A stretch of DNA of 61,517 nucleotides, taken from a virus. Below are positions 28,564 through 37,331 of the stretch, piece by piece. The translations under genes were made by a program, and so were the position numbers. The stretch's first letter is position 1, and each line of letters opens with the position of its first letter. The notes beneath the pieces were generated by a model. The model saw only the letters and a program-made list of their open reading frames with translations, had not been told where the DNA came from and did no database searches. The stretch is from positions 1 through 61,517 of the IMG/VR virus record IMGVR_UViG_3300035128_000105. One strand, 5' to 3'.

Positions 28564-28842
28564 GCGTCGATCCTTTCTGCGAGACGATCGACCTTACACA
28601 ATTGGTGTGACACAAGCGAGCGGTCCTCATCGGCCTGCGCAGCTAACACGACTGACAGTCAGACCGTCAACCGTTGATTGGCGTCTTGCCGGTTGTCCAC
28701 AAGGTTGCTGCAGGCATGCGAAATCGTAGGGTACCGATGTATAGACAAAAACGTGGAGTTATCCACAACGTGTACACACAAAAAAATGTACACGCTGCGT
28801 GAACGCAAAACGGTTGTCAGCGCGACGTGATAGCTAAGTGGC
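28564..28842. promoter_or_regulatory. divergent intergenic region with DnaA-box-like motifs (TTATCCACA 28759..28767; TTGTCCACA 28693..28701) and TGTACAC repeats
   Basis: AT-richer 279-bp gap between minus-strand NTPase gene and plus-strand SNF2 gene. Confidence 0.35.
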
Positions 28843-31485
28843 ATGAATCCCGTCGTCACGCCTTTCGCTCGACGACCCGACTGGTTCGTCGTGCCCGCCG
28901 AATGGCTGCCGGAGCTGGCTGGCGTACCAGGCGTGACGTTATTGGGCAGTGCAGGTGGTGTCCACCGCTCTCATCTACCCCTGCTGGCGCAAGCGCACCC
29001 TGAAGTGCACCCGTTTTTGAACGTGCCGTTGGAGAACCAGGCGGCGCGTAGTCGCCTAGATGCATCGACAGAACCACTGGGGTTCAAACTGCGTCCATAC
29101 CAACACGAAGGTCGCGAGTTTATCCATGCGCGACGAGGGACGTTGCTGGCCGATCAGATGAGACTGGGGAAAGGGCAGCCATTAGATGCATGCGTTTTGA
29201 CGCCCACAGGGTGGAAAACGATGGGCGATCTAATTGTAGGCAGCCGAGTCGTTGATCCCGACGGTGGCGAAGGCGTGGTGGAAGATATTTTTCCTCGGGG
29301 ACGCCAACGGGTCTACCGCGTCACGACGTGCGATGGTCGGAGTACCGAGTGCGACGAAGATCATTTGTGGTTGTTGCATACTGCGCATTCTCGGTGGCGC
29401 GGCGGAGATCCGCGTCCACGTGCGCTCAAAACGTTCAAAGACAACCTCTGGATCAAGACGCCAAGCCGATCGTGGGGGCGCGGCAACCGCCGTTTCTTTT
29501 TACCTTTGTGCCGACCGCCTGAAGGCGAAGATACCGATCTCTTCGTCGAACCGTACTTGTTGGGTTGCTTGCTGGGAAACGGCATGCTGCGCAGCGGCAC
29601 GCCCGAGATTTCAACGTCTGAGCGGGAGATTTTAGATCGCATTCGTCCGTCCCTCTCAGCTTACGGCGTCGTACCCAAAGCTGCTGGTGGTGTTGATTGG
29701 CGATTGTCCAGTCCAGCAGGGCAAGAAAACAAGCTAACGACAGCACTGCGTGCGCTGAAGTTGTGGGGCTGTGGTGCACAAGACAAATTCATTCCAGTCC
29801 AATATCTTTCCGCGTCGGTTCCTGTGCGGCGAGCACTCTTGCACGGGTTGATGGACACAGACGGAGACGTCACCGAGGAGCGGATCACGTCGTACAATAC
29901 AGTGTCTACACGTCTGAAAGATGACGTACGTGCGTTGATTGAAAGCCTGGGAGGTTTTGCCTCGGTTTACTACAAGGCGGCGCCACAGTATTCGTATCGT
30001 GGCGAGAAACGTGAAGGGCGCCCGTCTTATCGACTTCACATCCGGCTGCCCGCCAACCCGTTTCTGTTGGCTCGAAAAACGCAACGCTGGTCGAAGGGCC
30101 GCCTGGCGCGAGGCCTTGAAAGCGTTGAGTACGTTGGTGAGAAAGAAACGCGCTGCATCCAAGTATCAACGAAGCGCGGGCTTTACGTCACTGATGGCTT
30201 TATTGTCACGCACAACACGGCCACAAGCGTGATGTCCCACGATCCGGGCCTCGGGCCTCTCGTCATTGTTGCACCGCTGGCTACACGTGCTGTCTGGGTC
30301 GGTTGGATGAAACGGCGTTGGCCTGACGTCGAACCTGTCGTCTTGCGGGGACGAAAATATGACCCGACGAAGATCAGCGATGCGCCGTGTATCTTCATCC
30401 ACTACGACATCCTCCAAGCTCACCAGAATATGGGTCTACGCCGTCCAGGAACACTCGTATTCGACGAAGCGCACATTCTACAAAACCGTCGATCGAAACG
30501 CAGTCAGGCTGCAATTCTACTTGCGTCCCGCGCTGAGCGTGTCATCGCTGCGACCGGCACGCCGCTATGGAATCGGCCCATCGGGCTTTGGACAATTCTG
30601 TCAGTAGTCAACCCTGGAGCCTGGAATTCGTACTACGATTTTGCTCAGCGATACTGCGCCCCGAAGCTTACGGCCTACGGTACACGCTACGATGGTAGCT
30701 CGAACGAAGCTGAATTCAAACTACGAATAGCTGAGGTCATGATTCGTCGTGAATGGCGCGACGTACTAGAGGATCTACCTCCGTCGGAGCGAACCGTCGA
30801 GGTGGCCGACCTCACAGAAAGTCAGCTGTTCAAGCTCGAAGTTGCAGCCGAGAAAATTCGCGATCCGAGTAAACGCCGCGTCGCCGCAGGCGACATGGTG
30901 CGGTTTCGACGCCTCATCGGGCAGTACAAGGCAAAGTTGGCAGTGGACGTGGCGTCCCGTGTGCTTGCCGGTGAAGAGCCTGTCGTCGTCTGGGCCTGGC
31001 ATAGAGACGTTGCTGACAAAATCGCGACGAATATCGCTAAGCGGGACTACATCGCGTACTGCATTACAGGCGCCGACGATCAGGACGCACGTGACAGGAC
31101 TATCGACGAGTGGAAACGGCATCCTGTCGCCGCACTTGTACTGACAATTCCCGTCGGTCAAGTAGGTATCGATCTGTCACACGCGCGGCAGGCTATTTTT
31201 GCAGAGGTTGACTGGACACCTTCGACGGTAGCCCAAGCCGAGATGCGTACGTTCTCTCCGTACCGCCCCATGGCCATTACCTACCTCGTCGTTGATCACG
31301 ACGTCGATCGAGGTCTTATCGAGACCCTTCAACATAAATGCGAATTGGCCACGACGATTGGAGTCCCAGCGTCCGATACTGCTATCGATGTAATCGCCAG
31401 TGCCTTCGGGTTAAACCCCGACGATGCGGATATGGATCGATTAATGAAAGCCTTCCTCGCGGGTTATGACGGCGAGAGCAATTAA
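28843..31485 (+). CDS. SNF2-family DNA helicase interrupted by an intein
   Basis: LRPYQHEG, motif II VFDEAH, helicase C-domain; intein 29191..30216 inserted at P-loop region. Confidence 0.85.
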   Translation: MNPVVTPFARRPDWFVVPAEWLPELAGVPGVTLLGSAGGVHRSHLPLLAQAHPEVHPFLNVPLENQAARSRLDASTEPLGFKLRPYQHEGREFIHARRGTLLADQMRLGKGQPLDACVLTPTGWKTMGDLIVGSRVVDPDGGEGVVEDIFPRGRQRVYRVTTCDGRSTECDEDHLWLLHTAHSRWRGGDPRPRALKTFKDNLWIKTPSRSWGRGNRRFFLPLCRPPEGEDTDLFVEPYLLGCLLGNGMLRSGTPEISTSEREILDRIRPSLSAYGVVPKAAGGVDWRLSSPAGQENKLTTALRALKLWGCGAQDKFIPVQYLSASVPVRRALLHGLMDTDGDVTEERITSYNTVSTRLKDDVRALIESLGGFASVYYKAAPQYSYRGEKREGRPSYRLHIRLPANPFLLARKTQRWSKGRLARGLESVEYVGEKETRCIQVSTKRGLYVTDGFIVTHNTATSVMSHDPGLGPLVIVAPLATRAVWVGWMKRRWPDVEPVVLRGRKYDPTKISDAPCIFIHYDILQAHQNMGLRRPGTLVFDEAHILQNRRSKRSQAAILLASRAERVIAATGTPLWNRPIGLWTILSVVNPGAWNSYYDFAQRYCAPKLTAYGTRYDGSSNEAEFKLRIAEVMIRREWRDVLEDLPPSERTVEVADLTESQLFKLEVAAEKIRDPSKRRVAAGDMVRFRRLIGQYKAKLAVDVASRVLAGEEPVVVWAWHRDVADKIATNIAKRDYIAYCITGADDQDARDRTIDEWKRHPVAALVLTIPVGQVGIDLSHARQAIFAEVDWTPSTVAQAEMRTFSPYRPMAITYLVVDHDVDRGLIETLQHKCELATTIGVPASDTAIDVIASAFGLNPDDADMDRLMKAFLAGYDGESN
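29191..30216 (+). mobile_element. LAGLIDADG intein (342 aa) in SNF2 helicase
   Basis: starts CVLTPTGW, ends VTHN followed by T; LAGLIDADG blocks YLLGCLLGNG and LLHGLMDTDGD. Confidence 0.8.
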
Positions 31486-31601
31486 TGGTCAGCTCGGGCG
31501 CCCATTTATTTGCCAACTGTCACAGCAAGGTGGTAAGGAAGACAAACGCAGTAGCCGATTAACCACCAACCGGGCAACCGCTCGATTCGATCGGGGGATC
31601 G

Positions 31602-34355
31602 ATGACAGCACGCAGCAGTGACGCGACAACTGGCGTCACCACGACACCACCAGGCCTCGTGCGCCTGCCGACAACCGAAGTCGCTCCAGCGATCACCGAG
31701 ATCGCGCCGCCGATCGACCAGCCAGGCGACCAGCCAGGCGACCAGCCAGGCGACCAGCCAGGCGACCAGCCAGGCGACCAGCCAGACGACCAACCTTCTG
31801 CGGGTGTAGAACCTGTGCAATGCGTGGTTTGTGGCGCCGAAATGGATGCGACGACCGCTGAGGATATTTATCAGCATCCTGCTGATAAACCTTGTGTCGT
31901 TGTTTTGACGGACGGGAAGGGCGAGTCTATCGACCGCCAATTCTTCGTCGCTCAAGACGGCAACATCTATGTGATCGAGGCTGAAGCGGAGAGCACGCTG
32001 CCTCCAGTTCCACCGGAGGACGTCGTTACCGTCACACAAGAACCGACGGCCGACGCGGGTACTGCACCGGGTGAGGACGACGACATCGTTGAACTCGGCG
32101 AGCCTGTACTGCCTGACGTTTTTGGAGGCGAAAGCCCGAAGAAACGCAAACGCAAAACCAAAAAGAGCGACAACGTCGTGTTGCCGTCGAACGCCGCTGA
32201 GACCGCCGATGGCGACATCCTCATCCCGCTCAACCCGGATCCAGCAATTCCCACAATGGAAAAAGGGTTGCTGGCCGCGTTCGACAAGTATGGCTTGGAG
32301 CGCCTGGGTGGCGCCTCTGGGGATCTGGGTTGGTCGAGCTTCTCGTGTTACCAGCGCTGTCCTTACCTCTTCAAGCGGATGTACATCGACGGAGAAAAAG
32401 AAGAGGGACGTCCGGGACGTGCTATCGAGATCGGTTCGTGCTTTCACACGTTCGCTGCAATCCATTACCAAAAGATCATCACTCCCGATTATCCGCTCAC
32501 ACCCGACGAACTACACAAGTTTCTGATCGACTTCGGCGTGTCCATGGAGGCGTTGAGCGAAGCGTGGCGTGTGTGGGAAGGGTACCGCTTCGAGTACGAA
32601 GCCGACTACTTGGTCCCTTTGGCGGTCGAGTACCACATCGTCGATCCGAAAACCCGTGAGTCAGCTCGTTACGACTTGATCGCCAAAGTTGAGAAAGCTC
32701 ACCCCGGTGTTCCCGCAGGTACGTACGTAATCGAGCATAAGTGTTTGGTGGGTACCGAAATCATCGACGATCCAACGGGTCGTCGCGCGACCGTCGCCGA
32801 GCTGTACAACCGACAGCAGCCCTTCACGTGTCTGGCGTTTGACTCGAACGAAAGCGCCCTCGTGCAAGTCTCTGCCGATGTTCCACGTCCGACGACAGTC
32901 CGCGACGTCTATACGGTCACGACGGCTACCGGACGTCAATTGGCGACATCGGACAACCACCCATTCTACACGGCACGCGGCTGGGTACCCGCCGCCGATT
33001 TACGAACCGACGATTGGGTTGCGGTGCCAGCCACGACGGCTAGTAAGGAGCGTCGTCGAGAACTGTACACCGACGCCGAACTCATGTTCATCGGACATAT
33101 GATCGGCGATGGTTCCGCGAATCAGAACATCAAGTACACAAAGCAAGATCCGAAGCTTCGTGCGGCCTTTGTGGCGATCTTGCACAAACTTGATTTGTGC
33201 GCAGCAACCGCCGTCCGCGCCGGCACCTACCGTGTGGATCCCGGTGATGAAGATCATGCGCCGTCCATTGTACTTTCCAGTGCTAAGAAAGGCCGTGCCT
33301 GGCAACTCCTCAATCGTGTTGGGTTGCTGGGCAAACGCTCTCCAGAGAAGACACTAGACCGATCCTTGTTTGAATTGCCCGATCGGCAAACGCGGATCCT
33401 TCTTGCCGCGTTGTGGGATACCGACGGCTGCATCGACCTGTTTGAGGAACGGCGTCACGACAAGTCATCCCAGACCAAGGTCCGTATCGCGTACGCTTCA
33501 AGGTCCGAAGCGCTTTGTCGCGGCGTACAAACACTACTTCTTCGTCTTGGAATTAACAGCTCTTTGACGCAGTCGAGCGTCGAGTACGAAAGTGAGCGGC
33601 GTCCGTACTGGACAACAAAGGTAATCGGACGTGAAGCCAAACGCGCGTTCGTACGTGAGATCCAAACACGGGCCGTGCCTTGTGAAAAGTTTTCCGAGGA
33701 CTGGTTACGACAGGTACAAGAAGCAATCAAACCGGGGGACGATCGCCCCATACCAACTGCACTTATTGCCGGGTTAGCGATGACTAGCACGCAGCGCAGC
33801 AAACTGATCGGGGCGTCTACGAGGCCCAAGCATAGTGTGTACGCTTCGACGCTCGAAGCAGTACTGGAGGACGCAGCAAAGCCGATTCTGGCACCCCCAA
33901 TCCACTGGGATCGCGTGCAGTCGGTGCTCGTGACGGGCCGCGAAATGATGTATGACATCACAGTTCCGTTCGTTCACACATTCGTCGCCAACGACATCAT
34001 CACCCACAACACCGCAGGACGGTTCGATGATGCGACTCTCGACGGTTGGCGGAACGACGGTGAGATTCTAGGCCAAATCATGCTGTGGAAACGCCTCAAG
34101 CTGAAGAAGAAGTTCGGCAAGCTTCAGGGCGTGATGGTGAATGTTGTAGGCAAACAGAAAATCCAAAAGTTTCATCGGACGATCGTGCCGCCGCAACGCT
34201 GGCAAACGAATCAACACAGCAAAGACCTCAAGGTTTGGCAAGGCCTCCGGGTGTTAGCCATGGCCAGCAACACGTTTCCGCGTGCGCGGGCTAACTGCAT
34301 CGGTCGCTACGGCAAGTGCTCCCAGTGGCCCCACTGTGCGGACAGGGAAAAGTAG
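31602..34355 (+). CDS. Cas4/RecB-family PD-(D/E)xK exonuclease with N-terminal (PGDQ)n repeat, interrupted by an intein
   Basis: YQRCPYLFKRMY, D...IEHK motif split by intein, C-terminal Cys cluster CIGRYGKCSQWPHC. Confidence 0.75.
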   Translation: MTARSSDATTGVTTTPPGLVRLPTTEVAPAITEIAPPIDQPGDQPGDQPGDQPGDQPGDQPDDQPSAGVEPVQCVVCGAEMDATTAEDIYQHPADKPCVVVLTDGKGESIDRQFFVAQDGNIYVIEAEAESTLPPVPPEDVVTVTQEPTADAGTAPGEDDDIVELGEPVLPDVFGGESPKKRKRKTKKSDNVVLPSNAAETADGDILIPLNPDPAIPTMEKGLLAAFDKYGLERLGGASGDLGWSSFSCYQRCPYLFKRMYIDGEKEEGRPGRAIEIGSCFHTFAAIHYQKIITPDYPLTPDELHKFLIDFGVSMEALSEAWRVWEGYRFEYEADYLVPLAVEYHIVDPKTRESARYDLIAKVEKAHPGVPAGTYVIEHKCLVGTEIIDDPTGRRATVAELYNRQQPFTCLAFDSNESALVQVSADVPRPTTVRDVYTVTTATGRQLATSDNHPFYTARGWVPAADLRTDDWVAVPATTASKERRRELYTDAELMFIGHMIGDGSANQNIKYTKQDPKLRAAFVAILHKLDLCAATAVRAGTYRVDPGDEDHAPSIVLSSAKKGRAWQLLNRVGLLGKRSPEKTLDRSLFELPDRQTRILLAALWDTDGCIDLFEERRHDKSSQTKVRIAYASRSEALCRGVQTLLLRLGINSSLTQSSVEYESERRPYWTTKVIGREAKRAFVREIQTRAVPCEKFSEDWLRQVQEAIKPGDDRPIPTALIAGLAMTSTQRSKLIGASTRPKHSVYASTLEAVLEDAAKPILAPPIHWDRVQSVLVTGREMMYDITVPFVHTFVANDIITHNTAGRFDDATLDGWRNDGEILGQIMLWKRLKLKKKFGKLQGVMVNVVGKQKIQKFHRTIVPPQRWQTNQHSKDLKVWQGLRVLAMASNTFPRARANCIGRYGKCSQWPHCADREK
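31719..31790 (+). repeat. 12-bp tandem repeat (CAGCCAGGCGAC)x6 encoding (QPGD)n
   Basis: read directly from sequence. Confidence 0.9.
32742..34010 (+). mobile_element. LAGLIDADG intein (423 aa) in Cas4-like nuclease
   Basis: starts CLVGTEIIDDPTG, ends ITHN followed by T; LAGLIDADG blocks FIGHMIGDGS and LLAALWDTDGC. Confidence 0.75.
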
Positions 34356-34588
34356 TGCAACGCGCGTATCGGACAACGGACCTGACGGCGTTCAGTGTGC
34401 TCGATGACGAAGAGCGACAATCACTACTCTGGATCAAGGCGTTCCTCGCAGATCCGGAGTCCAAGGGTGGTTTCGCAACGCTGCAAGATTGCGGCTTCGA
34501 CATCATTCAAGATCTTTTAGATTATCTGAGTCGCTACCAGGCAGCGTACAACCAGCTGCGTGCCGATCTATTTTTGGAGGCGAGTTGA
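34356..34588 (+). CDS. hypothetical protein (GTG start)
   Basis: 77-aa reading frame after nuclease stop. Confidence 0.25.
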
Positions 34589-34590
34589 TC

Positions 34591-34869
34591 GTGGGTGCGA
34601 CTAAAAAGATCTCCCCAGCGATCGAACCGATCCCGGTAGCGATCGACGACGTAGATGCGATCGAAATTTGTCGCAACGAGAGCTGTCCGATCGTCGAGAT
34701 CCACGAGGCGCACGTGTTGCCGTCTGGGCGTGGCGCGCCGCCAAAACACTGTCCCGTATGCGTGGCAGTCATACCACGTGGACAGGGTGCACGATGTGAA
34801 GCGTGCGGCTGGAAACGTTCGGGGCGTCCCTTCGCGCGACGCAAGCAAGGAGAGAAAGACGATGCGTGA
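34591..34869 (+). CDS. small zinc-finger protein; paralog of N-terminal domain of 36448..37017
   Basis: GGAGG SD 10 nt before GTG; shared motif AIE(I/V)..(C/I)..(E/D)..C..IEIH. Confidence 0.45.
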   Translation: MGATKKISPAIEPIPVAIDDVDAIEICRNESCPIVEIHEAHVLPSGRGAPPKHCPVCVAVIPRGQGARCEACGWKRSGRPFARRKQGEKDDA

Positions 34870-35725
34870 GATCGATTTGTCCAGTCACCAGCCACCAAAA
34901 CGGACGACCGTATTGTCGTACGGCCAGATGCGGTCAGGTAAAACGCGCTGGGCGGCGACGTGGCCGCGTCCACTGTTTTTGTCGGATGCGACTGAAGGCG
35001 GCTGGACCACGATCAAAAACATGGATCGCAACGTACTTTGGGAGCCCGATGTCGTGCCACGCGTCTGGGCGATCGACACCGCTGCTGACATGATGCAAGC
35101 CCTCGGCGACGTCGAGCCTCTCATCAAGCAAAACCAAGTCCAGACGCTGGTCATCGATTCGCTCACGTTTTACAACGACCTCTATCTGGCAATGCTGTGT
35201 CGTGTCGCAGCACAGGGCGGCCGTCAGCCCGACATGCGCCGCGTCTACGGCAACCTTGGCCAGCATCTTCGTGAGTTGCGGATCCGCGTCCACAACCTCG
35301 ACACAAACGTCGTGTGGTTGTGTCTGGCCAAACAACCTGACGACAGCAACCCGATGGGCGGTCCGATGATTTCGGGGCAACAAGCACAGAAGTTCAGTGC
35401 CGGCTGTGACTACATTTTGTATCACCGCGCGTACCAGCCGACGCCGAACGATCCGCACTACTTCGAGATCCGCACACGCCGCTACAGCCAGTACGCCGCT
35501 GGCGGTCGCGACGAATTCAAACTTCCTGACCCCCTCGCGTACGTGTCTCAGGATGCTGAGACCGGCGAGGACATCTGGGTAGGCGATTGCACGTACCGCA
35601 CGTTTGCCGAAGCGCTCGGGCTGCTAACGCCGCCCACAACTCAACAACAACCCGCAGGTCAGCCCGTCGGGGTTGGCCGCGCCCCCAACCAAGCTTCCGG
35701 GAAGGCAGCACTGTCGTCCCGATAA
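34862..35725 (+). CDS. Sak4-like RecA-fold ATPase (AAA_24 family)
   Basis: Walker A VLSYGQMRSGKT; Walker B LVIDSLT; phage recombination context. Confidence 0.7.
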   Translation: MREIDLSSHQPPKRTTVLSYGQMRSGKTRWAATWPRPLFLSDATEGGWTTIKNMDRNVLWEPDVVPRVWAIDTAADMMQALGDVEPLIKQNQVQTLVIDSLTFYNDLYLAMLCRVAAQGGRQPDMRRVYGNLGQHLRELRIRVHNLDTNVVWLCLAKQPDDSNPMGGPMISGQQAQKFSAGCDYILYHRAYQPTPNDPHYFEIRTRRYSQYAAGGRDEFKLPDPLAYVSQDAETGEDIWVGDCTYRTFAEALGLLTPPTTQQQPAGQPVGVGRAPNQASGKAALSSR

Positions 35726-35786
35726 GTTAGAGCGAACAAGCGCGCTCGATAACCACTAGTAGCACAACAACAGGAGACAAAGGCAA

Positions 35787-36341
35787 ATGGCAGATCAAAA
35801 CAATCAGTTTGTGGACTTCATCGACATGCGCCTCAACGATCCGGAGTTGGAGGCTTGGGACGGTCGCGCTCGTCGCGTCGATCCCGGCTTCTACGACTTC
35901 GAGGTCGAGGAGGCCAAAATCGGTCAGTCCCGCGCAGGAAACCCTACACTGGAGTTGACCTTCCGAGTCATCACCCCGGGCGAGATGGAAAACCGCACCA
36001 TGCGGCAAAGCTACGTCATCATGCCCGACAACGACGGCGCTCGTGCCCGCATGAAGAACCTGATCAGCGCACTCGGTGCCAGCACCGACGGCGAAGGTCG
36101 GTTCGCGGCGAGCAACCTGGTCGGTTTGCGTATGAGCGGCGAAGTCGCCTTGCGGACCTACGAGACGCTCGATACCCGCACCGGCAATCAGGTGCAGCGC
36201 GAGAGCAGCTCGATCATCGGCGAGGCGCCGTGGGAAGGACAGCAACAGCAGCAGGCTCAGCCCGGCGTGGGTCGTGCACCGGTCGGTCAGGCCGTCGCTC
36301 GCCGTACGGGTGGCAACGCCGCTCCACAGGCGCGCGGCTAA
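35787..36341 (+). CDS. possible DUF669-like ssDNA-binding/annealing partner of Sak4
   Basis: AGGAGA SD; position adjacent to Sak4; Gln/Gly-rich C-terminal tail; weak family inference. Confidence 0.4.
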   Translation: MADQNNQFVDFIDMRLNDPELEAWDGRARRVDPGFYDFEVEEAKIGQSRAGNPTLELTFRVITPGEMENRTMRQSYVIMPDNDGARARMKNLISALGASTDGEGRFAASNLVGLRMSGEVALRTYETLDTRTGNQVQRESSSIIGEAPWEGQQQQQAQPGVGRAPVGQAVARRTGGNAAPQARG

Positions 36342-36447
36342 CACCGCTCGTTGTAGGTAGTGAGGGGCGCGCCGCTGTGCCAGAAGGACACTAAGCGGCG
36401 CGCTCCCGAACTTTTTACCAGCTGTACGGACCATGGGGGACTCCTGA

Positions 36448-37017
36448 ATGGCTACTCCGAAGGAACGACGGACATCTGACCGCTTTGCAGCTCACACGTT
36501 GGGGGTAACGACCGCCACGCTGCGAGCTTCTCGTCGAAAACAGACCGCTCCATTCTCATACGTTGACGACGGCGCTATTGAAGTCATCGACGCAACGAAC
36601 ATTTGTCGTGATGATCGTTGTGACCGGATCGAGATCCATGCGACGCACCCAGTAGACAGGCGGGCGACCGATCCGTTCTGCGACCCTACGTACCACACAC
36701 GTAAGGTGCAGCGGCACGGGCCGACGTTGAATGCGATCGTAGCCAAACACATCGAGCGTCGGCGCTGCAAAGTGTTCCGCGAGATCTACAACGACGTCAT
36801 CCACGACTACGGCACCTTCAAATCCAAGGCCGCCGGCACTCGTGCAATCTGGCGCGCTATCGAGCAACTGCTTGCAGCAGATCAAATCACGTCGATCAAA
36901 GTTGCCGGAACGAAATCTCCTGGCGGTTACGTCCGAAGTGACAGTCCACTGCTACGTGACAGCGACGGTCGCAGGTCGTTGCTCGAATCACTCGAAGACC
37001 AGTTCCCAACCTGGTAG
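36448..37017 (+). CDS. hypothetical protein with N-terminal zinc-finger-like domain paralogous to 34591..34869
   Basis: AIEVIDATNICRDDRCDRIEIHATH motif. Confidence 0.45.
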   Translation: MATPKERRTSDRFAAHTLGVTTATLRASRRKQTAPFSYVDDGAIEVIDATNICRDDRCDRIEIHATHPVDRRATDPFCDPTYHTRKVQRHGPTLNAIVAKHIERRRCKVFREIYNDVIHDYGTFKSKAAGTRAIWRAIEQLLAADQITSIKVAGTKSPGGYVRSDSPLLRDSDGRRSLLESLEDQFPTW

Positions 37018-37025
37018 GAGCAACG

Positions 37026-37328
37026 ATGCCAAGCAAGAGGCTAAGCGAGAAGCCAGTTGTCGTGGGGACAGTGTACGAACCGAGTGCGATGCAGGTGTTC
37101 CGGGTACTCGCGTGGCCTGTTACTCGCCACGACCATAGCAGCGACGGTAAACCTCTTCCTGACGTTTTGGGCGTCGAACGATTCGACGGACGGGATGCGC
37201 TTGGAAGTCCTCGTTGGCAGCCAGTTCACGACGACGCACAGCGGGCTCTGGTGATCGCATCCGCTCTCTTTTGGAAAACCGCTAAAGGCGTTGAGCTGAT
37301 CGACGCCGCTACGTCTCCACGAGAGTAG
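37026..37328 (+). CDS. hypothetical protein
   Basis: TAGGAG SD before ATG. Confidence 0.4.
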   Translation: MPSKRLSEKPVVVGTVYEPSAMQVFRVLAWPVTRHDHSSDGKPLPDVLGVERFDGRDALGSPRWQPVHDDAQRALVIASALFWKTAKGVELIDAATSPRE

Positions 37329-37331
37329 AAA

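Noticed and set aside
31506-32471. 321-aa minus-strand ORF containing (LVAW)n
   Set aside because: Antisense to the Cas4-like gene; the LVAW repeat is just the reverse translation of the (PGDQ)n repeat.
34934-35458. 174-aa minus ORF
   Set aside because: Antisense to the Sak4-like ATPase.
35855-36394. 179-aa Arg-rich plus ORF
   Set aside because: Alternative frame of the DUF669-like gene; RRRR-rich artefact.
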